A stretch of 64,000 nt of DNA. Source: an uncultured delta proteobacterium. Its GTDB lineage: Bacteria > Desulfobacterota > Zymogenia > Zymogenales > Zymogenaceae. The stretch lies in contig CAWBYW010000004.1 in NCBI GenBank assembly GCA_963792965.1, forward strand, positions 64,001-128,000. The letters run 5' to 3'. The position numbers were made by a program, and so were the translations under genes. The notes below the pieces were generated by a model. The model worked only from the letters and a program-made list of their open reading frames with translations. It was not told the origin of the DNA and ran no database searches. Of this stretch, positions 27,940-37,630 are shown one piece after another (position 1 is the stretch's first letter; every line of letters starts with the position of its first letter).

Positions 27940-28599
27940 CTAATCGAGAAGTCCCACAACAAGTCTGCAATGGTCGTTGCCTTTTTGTGCCTGGCAATAT
28001 TCTTCTTTTCCCTTTATCGATGATATCAGTTTTTCGTCGGCGCCCTTATGCTTCAGTATGAGACGAAGAAGGGAAACGAGCCAACCTGCCTGATAGTCAC
28101 AGAAGGTCTGTCTAAAATCTATCTTCAGCGCCGAATTTCTCTCGGCGGCCGATTCCATGATCCTCACGACCGTTGTGGAACAGGGATGGTTCTTTAAAAG
28201 ACATACTATCCTCGGGTTCTCGGTACTGAGGTCTATTTCGGGATGCAGATAGACCCCCCAGCCGGTCGCGAGACCTATCGTCCCGTAGTAATGAATGAGG
28301 CTCTCGTCCCACTTCGCGTAGCCGGCCTCGACCGATTCCATGGCGAATCTCTCCGCGGCATAGTACCCGCCTCTGTACATAAGATTCTTTATGCCGTTCT
28401 GGCCCATCATTTCAAAAATCGCCAGCGTCATTGGGGCGAACATAAGATCGCGGGTCGTAAAGATCACATTGAGGCCCATAGCCTTTAACGTCGCCACGTC
28501 GGCGCCGTCTCTCTCGTGTTTTAGATCCTTTAACACGGTGGTGAGGAGACCGGCGGCGGTCTCAATAATGTTATTGTCAATCAATAGCTTATCGCTCAT
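27940..28599 (-). CDS. Stand-alone V4R (4-vinyl reductase)-like domain protein
   Basis: GWG, FCDYQAGWL, EEYCQAQKGNDHCRL pattern. Confidence 0.65.
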   Translation of the reverse strand: MSDKLLIDNNIIETAAGLLTTVLKDLKHERDGADVATLKAMGLNVIFTTRDLMFAPMTLAIFEMMGQNGIKNLMYRGGYYAAERFAMESVEAGYAKWDESLIHYYGTIGLATGWGVYLHPEIDLSTENPRIVCLLKNHPCSTTVVRIMESAAERNSALKIDFRQTFCDYQAGWLVSLLRLILKHKGADEKLISSIKGKEEYCQAQKGNDHCRLVVGLLD

Positions 28600-28894
28600 C
28601 GGCTGCTCCAAAAATAGGTGATGGGTTAGAATTGAATATTATAATGGATAGTATATTCTGATAGACACCGAGTCAAGACAATAAATTAGTAAAAGTGAAA
28701 GATTTAGGTTACTAATTGCACTATTCTCTGATAATCTTATAGGAATGAATATATAAGAGTGTAGCAAAGGACGATGCTATAATTACCGCCGGAGGGACAG
28801 CGGGTGCAGGCCCGGAGCCGTCAAGGGCACCGGGGAGGGGGCCTTTATCCTTTATAAGGGAAAAGGGGGCACGGCTCCCTTTCACTTCTCCAAC

Positions 28895-29224
28895 TCATAC
28901 CGAAACCAGTATCACCCCCAGCGTGATCACGCCGATGCCGACGGTTTTGAGGAGTGTCATGCTCTCCTTGAATATGAGGATCGAGACGAGGGTCACCAGT
29001 ATGATGCTCCCGGCGGAGAAGATCGGGTACGCGATGTTCAGGCTGATGCCTTTCAGGGACCTCGTATAGAACACGGCGTTTAACGCGCCGAGGAGGAGCC
29101 CGACCCCGATCAGAGCCAGGCTGAGCATCCTCTGCTCGCTGTGCACGCTCGAGTATTTATAGAAGACGTTCGAGCCGCCGTTAAGCAGCACGGCGAAGAT
29201 CAGAAGCGCGACATACTGGTTCAT
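28895..29224 (-). CDS. SMR/DMT family small transporter
   Basis: 109 aa, 4 TM, LNIAYPIFS...LIFKE...GVIL. Confidence 0.85.
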   Translation of the reverse strand: MNQYVALLIFAVLLNGGSNVFYKYSSVHSEQRMLSLALIGVGLLLGALNAVFYTRSLKGISLNIAYPIFSAGSIILVTLVSILIFKESMTLLKTVGIGVITLGVILVSV

Positions 29225-29517
29225 GTTTCGTTATCCTTTCTTGCTTTGTCCAATCAATCAAAACGGACGAGATCGTAAACGGGGCTCGCCCCGCCTTTGA
29301 GCCTCACTCTTCAGGGTCGGTTCCCTTCTTGATATCCCGGTGAATCTTTTCCAGCGACGTTTTTCACGTTCTTATTCAGATCCTGGAACATCTCATACCG
29401 ATGCTCCAAATCCCTCAGCACTTTGTCGTACGATTTCAGCCTCGATTTTAAGAAGTCTATGTCCTTTCCGAGCTGCTCCTCATAGAAGAGCGAAGTGCCC
29501 GAAATCGGTGCTGCTTT

Positions 29518-29766
29518 TCAACGATTTCCAGAGATACGTATCGATCTTCGCTCCCAGAGATGGGGGAATCCGTAAAACTCGATCGCTTCCCGCACGATCA
29601 CGGAAGTACTCACTTGTCTCTTTTTCGATTCCCCTTCAATATATTCTATGAGCTCATGGGGGAGCCGTACCCCGATCTGCTTTTCGGACTTCGCTCTCCG
29701 GTTCTGTGCTGCGTCCGTGCCGTCCCGGCTCGGTGCGTCTCCATTCTGAAGGTCTTTAGTCGCCAT
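29518..29766 (-). CDS. Ribbon-helix-helix protein, possibly extending by frameshift into a coiled coil to ~29300
   Basis: QIGVRLPHELIEYI...STSVIVREAIEFY. Confidence 0.6.
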   Translation of the reverse strand: MATKDLQNGDAPSRDGTDAAQNRRAKSEKQIGVRLPHELIEYIEGESKKRQVSTSVIVREAIEFYGFPHLWERRSIRISGNR

Positions 29767-30008
29767 TTTTTATCACCTGGCTGAATACCATTATCATCAA
29801 TATTGCTAATCAATATACTAAGATATGATTAGCGATATGTCAAGATAAATCTCTATTTTCCACTTCCTCGGGCGCCGGGAAGACCTCTGGATGGCGCGGT
29901 TCGGGGGTAGGTGAGGGCCGCATTATTCTATTGACAGGTATATATTGTGAGTTACCATATATATTATGCATTGACTCTCGTTAAACCAGGAAGATGGAGG
30001 AGATGAAA

Positions 30009-30194
30009 ATGTCAGTGACAACAATAGTAGTGGTCCTGTTTATAGTTGGTGTCGTACTGTGGCTGGTCAATACATATATCCCCATGGACCGCAAGATCAA
30101 GACGATCCTGAACATCGTCGTGGTTATTCTGGTGGTGCTCTGGCTGCTGCGCGCTTTGGGCGTGGTCTCTACGATTGGGGGTGTTCGTCTCTGA
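30009..30194 (+). CDS. Thivi_2564-like small membrane protein
   Basis: VGVVLWLVNTYIPMDRKIKTILNIVVV; upstream TTGACA-N16-TACCAT. Confidence 0.8.
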   Translation: MSVTTIVVVLFIVGVVLWLVNTYIPMDRKIKTILNIVVVILVVLWLLRALGVVSTIGGVRL

Positions 30195-30286
30195 CCATGA
30201 TACGATAACCGCTTTTCGCCTTCCCCTCTTGGGGGGAGGTGAAAGCGGAGGAAAGGCTCGCGCTCCCGCCACGCTCAACCCTCGTT

Positions 30287-30330
30287 CTTTTCCCCTTGCC
30301 ATTCACGTCTGAATTCGCTACACTTTCCGC
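30287..30330 (+). promoter_or_regulatory. Repeated promoter module, copy 3
   Basis: TTGCCA (30296)-N17-TACACT (30319). Confidence 0.65.
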
Positions 30331-30359
30331 AATAGGGCGGACGCCGGGCCGCCCGGACG

Positions 30360-30622
30360 TCAGGCCTCATCTCGTTGGTCACGGTGGGACGGGGCGAGCG
30401 CCGTGCCCGGCCGATAGAGAGCGGGGCCAGGGCCCAGGATGCCGCGGCGGTGATCCACGCCGACCTCGCCCGGAGGTTCATCCGGGCGGAGGGCGTGTCG
30501 TACCACGATTTCGTCTCCGACGGGGGCTTTGCCGAGTGCAAGAAGCGGGGGATCTTTCGGCTCGGGGGAAGGGCTGCGTCGTCAAGGACGGCGACATCCT
30601 CTCGATCAAGGCGGGCTTTTGA
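30360..30622 (+). pseudogene. Degenerate C-terminal fragment of a ychF paralogue
   Basis: TVG..E.RA.PI..GA.A.DAAAVIHADLARRFIRAE...VVKDGDILSIK with no N-terminal half. Confidence 0.75.
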
Positions 30623-31229
30623 GGTTGTTCCGGCCCTCTCTATATGCAGGGTAGTTCTTGAAGAAAATCCTGCGGACATCTTCCGGAACCCGGTTTGCCG
30701 GGCACGAGAGGTTAAAACAGCGACTGCATTGCGTCCGCAACACGACCCATCCCCATGAGAACGCCGCCCAGCTGGTAATGAGCAGTAAAAGCCACTGTCT
30801 TGCGATGACGAAAAACGGGACGTAATAAAGGAAGAGAACGATGATACAACCGACCCAGATGATTCTCTCCACGTGGCTCATCGGTTCTACCGACCGCTTC
30901 GGAATCTTTGGGAGTCCCCAGTTGGCGTGGCATCGGAGGAAGGGGCCGTCCTCGGCGTAATGGGGACAGTGCCGACAAAGCAGCACTTCCTCGACATACA
31001 AAAAGAAAACGGCTGCAAGCATGAGCCACGCGCCCAGGCCGATCCAGAACCTGCCGATGATCATCCCCGCCATAAAGGGGATCAGCCACCCCATGAAAGG
31101 AATCGCGAAGTCAAGGAGATCCAATCGAGTGTGGACGCACAGGAGCTTGCCCTCGATCTCACACCCGTCGCACTCGATCCTGACGCATGCCTTGGCGGTC
31201 TCTTTTTTGCCTCTTTTCATGTCCGGCAT
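30606..31229 (-). CDS. Cys-rich membrane protein of unknown function
   Basis: 4 TM with CDGC, CRHCPHY...C and CSRCFNLSCPANRVP clusters. Confidence 0.75.
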   Translation of the reverse strand: MPDMKRGKKETAKACVRIECDGCEIEGKLLCVHTRLDLLDFAIPFMGWLIPFMAGMIIGRFWIGLGAWLMLAAVFFLYVEEVLLCRHCPHYAEDGPFLRCHANWGLPKIPKRSVEPMSHVERIIWVGCIIVLFLYYVPFFVIARQWLLLLITSWAAFSWGWVVLRTQCSRCFNLSCPANRVPEDVRRIFFKNYPAYREGRNNLKSPP

Positions 31230-31461
31230 AGGAATTATCCTGCTTGTTTCCGACGACGAGCACCGCACTTTCTGAGAAAGCCAAAGGGGAGGGTACGGGA
31301 TTACACATTAAGGGTAATCCATTAGAGGGCACTGCGTCAAGGGGAAAAAACGCCGGCCGAAAGAAGTCTTTTTCTCACGACGGTTGTTGGTCCGACCGGG
31401 GGTTCTCGTCCTTGTTTCGTGCGACCGATCTTTGACTTATCGCCTGCCTTCCTGCCTCCCT

Positions 31462-31505
31462 CTTTTCTCCTTGCCTTTCGTGCCCCGATTCGCTACACTT
31501 TCCGG
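31462..31505 (+). promoter_or_regulatory. Repeated promoter module, copy 4
   Basis: TTGCCT (31471)-N17-TACACT (31494). Confidence 0.7.
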
Positions 31506-31524
31506 GATATTCGTGAGGACGGGG

Positions 31525-31977
31525 ATGAAGCGACTCTTATTCATACTGGGCCTTTCGTCTGTGCTGATGGGCGCACAGCTCCCGGACATGGGCGCCGTCT
31601 TTTACTGGCGGGCGCAGTCCTATGACAGCGACATCGGCGATTCGGGTACGCGGCAGGCGATCGTCGAATATACGTCATACCTCCTGGTATACCCGCACGA
31701 CGATTTTGTGTTGAGGATGCGGTCGATGGATTACGAGATGATCGGGGAGTACCGGCTGGCAACCCACGACGCGGAAACGGCGCTGATCTACAAAGGCGAC
31801 CCGATCTATTACTATTACATGGTGGGCGAATCGACGGGGAGCATCGCGTACCTGCGCAAGGCATGGAGCATGGCCTGCTCCCGGCACGACCGGGAGTTCA
31901 TGGAGCTTGTGGGAAGGCTGCTCTTGCTCTGCGAGCCGAGGTACCCCTACACGGCAAAGGACGTGGTTTTCCCCTGA
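31525..31977 (+). CDS. Secreted TPR-like protein
   Basis: Signal peptide MKRLLFILGL..., helical repeat-like AIVEYTSYLLVYPHD; ends LVGRLLLLCEPRYPYTAKDVVFP. Confidence 0.6.
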   Translation: MKRLLFILGLSSVLMGAQLPDMGAVFYWRAQSYDSDIGDSGTRQAIVEYTSYLLVYPHDDFVLRMRSMDYEMIGEYRLATHDAETALIYKGDPIYYYYMVGESTGSIAYLRKAWSMACSRHDREFMELVGRLLLLCEPRYPYTAKDVVFP

Positions 31978-32049
31978 GCGCGCGGAGGGCCGGCCGCATC
32001 GCATCGAGCTTTCATGCCGATAGATAATTTCCGAGGGGAGGAGGGAGCT

Positions 32050-32832
32050 ATGGACTACGACCATAAAGTCGTTCTGATAACCGGGGCGTCGTCGGGCATC
32101 GGGAGGGCCGTCGCCGTGGCGCTGGGCCGTTATAACAACGATATCTTTGTCACGGCGCGGCGCAAGAAGCAGCTTGACGAGACGGCGGAGCTGGTGAAGA
32201 AGAACGGCAGCCGGTGCTACCCCATCGTGGGCGACGCGCTGGACGAGGGCCACTGCGGGTCTGTCGTGGGCGAGATAGTCAAGAAGTTCAAACGCATCGA
32301 CATCGCGCTCTTGAACATCGGGGAGGGGCCGCCCTCAAACACGCTGACCGCCTCCCCTTCGGTGATCAAGCGGTGCATGAGGGTCAACTACGACACGATG
32401 ATAAACTTCTTCTGCCCCATCCTCGCCCAGATGAAAAAGCAGACGACAAAATCGCTCATCGCCCAGACGAACTCGCTGGCGACCTATTTCGGGATACCGA
32501 TGCAGGGAGACTACACCGCCGCCAAGGCCGCCGGGAGGATCTTCCTTGATACCGCCCGGCTGGAGCTGAAGCACTTCGGCTACACGCACATCCTGATCCA
32601 GACGATCCACCCTGGCTTCGTCGACACGGAGAGGAGCCGGAACGACGGAATCCCCGAGCCCAACGTCATCAGCGAGGAAGCATCGGCCGCATACATCCTG
32701 AAGGGCTTCAAGAAGGAGTGCCGCGAGAACCGGTTCCCGCTCAGCATGAGCGCGGCGGTGCGGTTCGGGAGGGTCTCTCCCAATTGGCTCAGGACCAGGG
32801 TGCTCTTGGGCGAGACCCCGAAACAATACTGA
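32050..32832 (+). CDS. SDR family oxidoreductase
   Basis: ITGASSGIG, YTAAK, IHPGFVDT. Confidence 0.92.
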   Translation: MDYDHKVVLITGASSGIGRAVAVALGRYNNDIFVTARRKKQLDETAELVKKNGSRCYPIVGDALDEGHCGSVVGEIVKKFKRIDIALLNIGEGPPSNTLTASPSVIKRCMRVNYDTMINFFCPILAQMKKQTTKSLIAQTNSLATYFGIPMQGDYTAAKAAGRIFLDTARLELKHFGYTHILIQTIHPGFVDTERSRNDGIPEPNVISEEASAAYILKGFKKECRENRFPLSMSAAVRFGRVSPNWLRTRVLLGETPKQY

Positions 32833-32956
32833 CCACGGCCGGAAGAGGCGGCGCCGCGTCTCCGTCTATCTCCTTTTCGACGCGGGAAACGGAGTCCCGT
32901 GCAGCAGGCGCGCGCCGGCGACCCGGCCCCCCGCGTTCTCCCCGGTCAGACCGTCG

Positions 32957-33346
32957 TCACTTCTTGAGGAGGTCGCGGATCTCCGTCAAGAGCTTCACCT
33001 CTTCGGGGGGCTTGGCCGGGGCCGCCTCCTTTTTCTTCTGCAGCCTGCTCATCATGCGGATTACCAGGAAGATCGTGAACGCGATGATGATGAAGTCGAT
33101 CACCGTGTTGATGAAGACGCCGTAGTTGAGCGTGACCGCGGGAACTTTGCCGGCCGCCGCCTTGAGGGTCACCGCAAGCTTTGAAAAATCGACGCCGCCC
33201 AACATCAGGCCGATCGGCGGCATGAGCACGTCGCCCACAAAGGAGCTGACGATCTTTCCGAACGCGGTTCCGATAATGATGCCGACCGCCATGTCGATCA
33301 CGTTTCCGCGCATGGCGAAATCCTTGAAATCTTTCAACATGGACAT
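32957..33346 (-). CDS. mscL: Large-conductance mechanosensitive channel
   Basis: [23 protein letters not shown]...[11 protein letters not shown]. Confidence 0.97.
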   Translation of the reverse strand: MSMLKDFKDFAMRGNVIDMAVGIIIGTAFGKIVSSFVGDVLMPPIGLMLGGVDFSKLAVTLKAAAGKVPAVTLNYGVFINTVIDFIIIAFTIFLVIRMMSRLQKKKEAAPAKPPEEVKLLTEIRDLLKK

Positions 33347-33511
33347 ATTAGATCTCCTCCGTTAATAGTTCGTGCCGCCCCGTACTCGTGTGCGAGACGG
33401 CCCCATAACCGTATCGCGGGCCACGGGCCGTGTCAATTGAATTGTGGGCCGGTCGCGCCCGACGGACGAGCACGCGGTCGCCGCAGCCCGTCCTTTTGGG
33501 GCGCGCCCCCT

Positions 33512-33550
33512 CTTTTCCGCTTGCCATAATCTCCCAAATCCGCTACACTA
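33512..33550 (+). promoter_or_regulatory. Repeated promoter module, copy 5
   Basis: TTGCCA (33521)-N17-TACACT (33544). Confidence 0.6.
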
Positions 33551-33695
33551 ACACCCGCATATCAAAACCCCCCGGTTGTCCTTTTGCATCGGACGACGGG
33601 GGAGGGGGCCGCCCGGCCGGTTGACTGCTCTCCTTTCCTCGATTCCCGTCGGGGCGTCCACCTGTTTCCTCTTACCCTCTCTATGGAGTATCCCT

Positions 33696-35159
33696 ATGGT
33701 AGACCTCGACGTGAAGCTTCCCGTTGGCAGGATGGTCATGGGCTACGTGATCATCATCGCCCTTCTGGTGGTCGTGGCGGTGGCGACCCATTATGTCCCG
33801 GCGGGTACGTACGACCGGGTCAACAAGGCCAACCCCGAGACCGGCTCGACCATGAGCGTGATTGTGCCCGACTCCTTCCGCTACGTTACCCCCAGCCCCC
33901 AGGGCGTCGTTGACCTGATCGTCTCGCCGGTCAAGTCCCTCTACTACAAGGGGCCCATCGCGGCGATCATCGTCATCTTCATCATCCTTATCGGCGGCTC
34001 GTTTATGGCCATGCGGCGGACCGGGGCGCTGGACGCCGGGGTCCTCAGGTTCATCAGGGCGTTCGAGGGGAAGGAGAAATATGTGATACCTGCCCTGATG
34101 ATCTTCTTTTCGCTCTTCGGGGCCCTCTTCGGGATCCTCGAGGAGCTGACGCCCTTCATCATCATCATCGTGCCGATGACCATCGCCATGGGGTATGACT
34201 CGATCGTGGGGCTCATGCTCATCTTCGGGGCGTGCGGGGTGGGCTTCACGGCGGCCATCACCAACCCCTTCACCATCGGGGTGGCCCAGCGGATTGCGGA
34301 GATCCCCCTCTTTTCCGGGGCGACCTACCGGATCTTCGTCTGGTTTGTGATGATGGCCATCGCCGTGGGCTACACGATGTGGTACGCCGCCAGGGTTAAA
34401 AAAGACCCCACAAAGAGCCTCGTGAAGGACTTTGACGCGTCGGTCCGCAAGGAGTTTGTCGAGATCGAGCGGGAGTTTTCCGACTTCACGGCGGCCCACA
34501 AGCGAGTCGTGTCGGTTATCGCGGCGCTCGTGGTGCTGCTCTTCGTCTGCCTCATCGTGGGGCAGCTGACCATCCCGAAGGTGATGGCCGACGCGAGCCT
34601 TCCGTTTGTCGTCCTCGTCTTCGTCGTCATGGGGGTCGCCGCGGGGCTCCTCGGCGGGCTGGGCGCATGGGGGACGCTGAAGGCCTTCGTGAAGGGGTTC
34701 ATCACGTTCATCCCGGCGGCCATCTTCATCATGCTTGCGCGCGCCGTCATCGTCATCGCGGACGAGGGGCAGATCATCGACACGATCCTCCATTCGCTGT
34801 CTGGCTTCATCGCTCAGTTCCACGTGATCATCGCCTCGTGGGCGATGCTGGTGGTGCAGACGATCATCAACTTCTTCCTCTCGTCGGGCTCGGCCCAGGC
34901 GATGGTGACGATTCCCGTCATGGTGCCGCTCGGGGAGCTCGTGGGCATCACGCGCCAGGTGACGGTGCTCGCCTTCCAGATGGGCGACGGATTCTCCAAC
35001 ATCTTCTGGCCGACCAACCCGCTCCTCATCGTCGCAGTGTCGCTTGCCGGGATCACTTGGACCAAGTGGGCGCGTTTCATGCTGCCGCTGCAGATCCTGC
35101 TGCTGATTGCCGGGTTTGGGGTGCTGACGATTGCGGTGGCGATCGGGTGGGGGCCGTAG
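33696..35159 (+). CDS. YfcC-family (ArcD-like/DcuC) transporter
   Basis: VPAGTYDR, NPFTIGVAQRIAEIPLFSG, SGSAQA, AFQMGDGFSN. Confidence 0.9.
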   Translation: MVDLDVKLPVGRMVMGYVIIIALLVVVAVATHYVPAGTYDRVNKANPETGSTMSVIVPDSFRYVTPSPQGVVDLIVSPVKSLYYKGPIAAIIVIFIILIGGSFMAMRRTGALDAGVLRFIRAFEGKEKYVIPALMIFFSLFGALFGILEELTPFIIIIVPMTIAMGYDSIVGLMLIFGACGVGFTAAITNPFTIGVAQRIAEIPLFSGATYRIFVWFVMMAIAVGYTMWYAARVKKDPTKSLVKDFDASVRKEFVEIEREFSDFTAAHKRVVSVIAALVVLLFVCLIVGQLTIPKVMADASLPFVVLVFVVMGVAAGLLGGLGAWGTLKAFVKGFITFIPAAIFIMLARAVIVIADEGQIIDTILHSLSGFIAQFHVIIASWAMLVVQTIINFFLSSGSAQAMVTIPVMVPLGELVGITRQVTVLAFQMGDGFSNIFWPTNPLLIVAVSLAGITWTKWARFMLPLQILLLIAGFGVLTIAVAIGWGP

Positions 35160-35164
35160 GAACT

Positions 35165-35198
35165 TTCGGGGAAACCTTTTATAAGAGGTTTCCCCGAA
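35165..35198. terminator. Palindrome/terminator after yfcC
   Basis: TTCGGGGAAACCT...AGGTTTCCCCGAA. Confidence 0.6.
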
Positions 35199-35283
35199 TA
35201 ACCCCGTCGAAAACATCTGATTGAAGGCGGTAGGCTATAGTTTTTGGCGGGAATGGGTATCCTGCTAATTCCTTGACGGGCCC

Positions 35284-35384
35284 CACGCGAACGAAGTTCG
35301 CGTGGGTGGGCAGACGGCCCCGACAGGAGAGAAAAGGAAGGAAGAACGAAGTCTTGGTTTGTAGGGGCGGCATATATGCCGCCC
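35284..35384. repeat. Cluster of REP-like palindromes
   Basis: CACGCGAAC-GAA-GTTCGCGTG and GTAGGGGCGGCATATATGCCGCCC. Confidence 0.5.
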
Positions 35385-35475
35385 GAAAGCTTCCCAGAAT
35401 AATCATCGAAGGAGGTGATGGAGCCGTCATTTTACTAAAGGAATAACATCACATAACGTCGTCAGTTGACCAGGC

Positions 35476-37618
35476 ATGGAGGTCTCTATGCGAAGCGTAC
35501 AGATTCTGGGTATCGACGCGGGCGGGACGATGACCGACACGATCCTCATCGATAAGAGTGGCCAGATGGTGATCGGGAAGGCCGCGACGACGCCGCGGGA
35601 CGAGTCGGTCGGCTTCATCGCGTCGCTCAAGGACGCGCTGGGCTGGTGGGAGATGGGGTTGGGGGAGTCGGTCCGTAGTGCTTGACGCCGCCATCTACTC
35701 CGGCACCGCGATGATCAACGCGCTCCTCATGCGGCGTGGCAAGAAGGTGGGGCTTCTCATCACCAAGGGGCTGGAAGATTATCTCCTCATGGAGCGGGGG
35801 GTTCAGACGTATCTCGGCTATCATTATCCGGATCGGCTTCATACGGTAACCCATGTTCACAATCCCCCCCTGATCCCGAGGCGCTGGGTCAAAGGTGTCG
35901 GCGAGCGGGTCGACATGTTCGGCGTGGAGGTCATCCCCCTCTACGAAAACGAGGTGAGGGTGGGGGCGGCCGAGCTGATCGACGAGGGGGTGGAGGCGAT
36001 CTGTATCTCCTTCACCTTTTCCTACGTTAATCCCGCCCACGAGCGGCGGGCCGAGGAGATCGTCCGGGAGGTAATGAAAGAAAAGGGGGCCACTCTCCCG
36101 GTCTACATCGGCAGCCGCGTCCAGCCGGTAATGCGGGAGTATTCGCGGCTCAACTGCGTCGTCATCGAGGCCTACGCAGCCGACCCTTCCCGAAAACACC
36201 TCATCAAGATCGAAGACGAAATCAAAAAGCACGGTTTTGAGCGCCAGCTCCAGATCATGACGGCCCACGGCGGGATCGTCAATGTGCGGACCGCCAAGGC
36301 CTTCCAGAGCCTTATATCGGGGCCGATCGGCGGTGTCATCGGCTCCAAATACGTCGCGGACCGGCTCGGCATCAAGAACGTCATCTGCACCGACATGGGT
36401 GGGACGAGCTTTGACGTGGGCCTCATCACCGAGGGCGTCTTTTCCATAAACCCCGAGCCGGACATCGCTCGCTTCAAGTTGAACCTCCCCATGGTGGCGG
36501 TCGATTCCATCGGCGCCGGCACCGGCACCTACATCAAGGTCGACCCCGTCTCCTACCGCATAGAGCTGGGGCCGGAAAGCGCCGGCGCGGACCCCGGGCC
36601 CTGCTGCTACGGCATCCAGAAGGAAAACCCCACGATCTGCGACTGCGATGTAATCTGCGGGATCATCAACCCGGACTATTACCTCGGCGGGGCGATAAAG
36701 ATCTACCCGGAGATCGCCAAGGAGGTCTTCAAAGATAAGGTTGCCGATAAGCTGGGGCTTGACGTCTATGAGGCGGCCTCCGGTATGGTGGACCTGGTTG
36801 AGACCCAGATGCGCGACCACCTCCACGCGATGGTGCTGGGCCGGGGATTCGAGACGTTTGACTACTACCTCTCGTCCTACGGCGGCGCGGGTCCGATGCA
36901 CTGCGCGAACTACTCCGAGGGGCTTAACTTCAAGGGGATCATGATACCCTCCTGGGCGCCGGCCTTCTCTGCCTTCGGATGCACCTGCGCCGACTACCAG
37001 CACCGGGCCGATAAGTCGACCCTCGTGATGTTTCCGCCCGGGGCCGACGAGAACACCAAGGTCGCGCTTGGCGGGATGCTCAACGCCATCTGGGCCGAGC
37101 TTAAGCAGATGCTGTTAGCAGAATTTTCAGGAGAGGGCTACACGGAGGCGCAGATACGCTTTTCCCCGCTCGTCCGCATGAGCTATACGGGACAGCTGGA
37201 CGCGCTGGAGGTGAAGTGCCCGACGCTATCCATCGCGAAGGTGGCAGAGGTAGACGCTATCATCAATAACTTCGAAGCGCTCTACGAAAAGGTCTTCGCC
37301 CGGGCCGCCAAGTTCCCGGAGGCGGGGTACCTCGTGACCGAGGCGGTCCTCACCGCAACGGTCGACACGGTAAAGCCGAAGATGCCCAAATCGAAGCTCT
37401 CCGAAAAGAAGCCGGATAAGGGGGCGGTCAAGGGAAAACGGGACGTCTACTGGAAGGGGGACTGGAAGAAATTTACCCTCTACGAGATGGACCTCCTCAA
37501 GCCGGGCAACGTCGCTGGTGGGCCGTGCATTGTCGAGCACCCCGCGACGACCCTCGTGGTGCCGCCTCGGTACCGCGTCACCATGGACGAATACCGCATC
37601 TTCTGGATGGAACGTTAG
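35476..37618 (+). CDS. acxA: Acetone carboxylase beta subunit-like (hydantoinase A family; frameshift near 35680)
   Basis: GIDAGGTMTD, YSGTAMIN, SGPIGGVIG, DMGGTSFD, YGGAGPMH. Confidence 0.85.
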
Positions 37619-37630
37619 GAGGAGACGACC

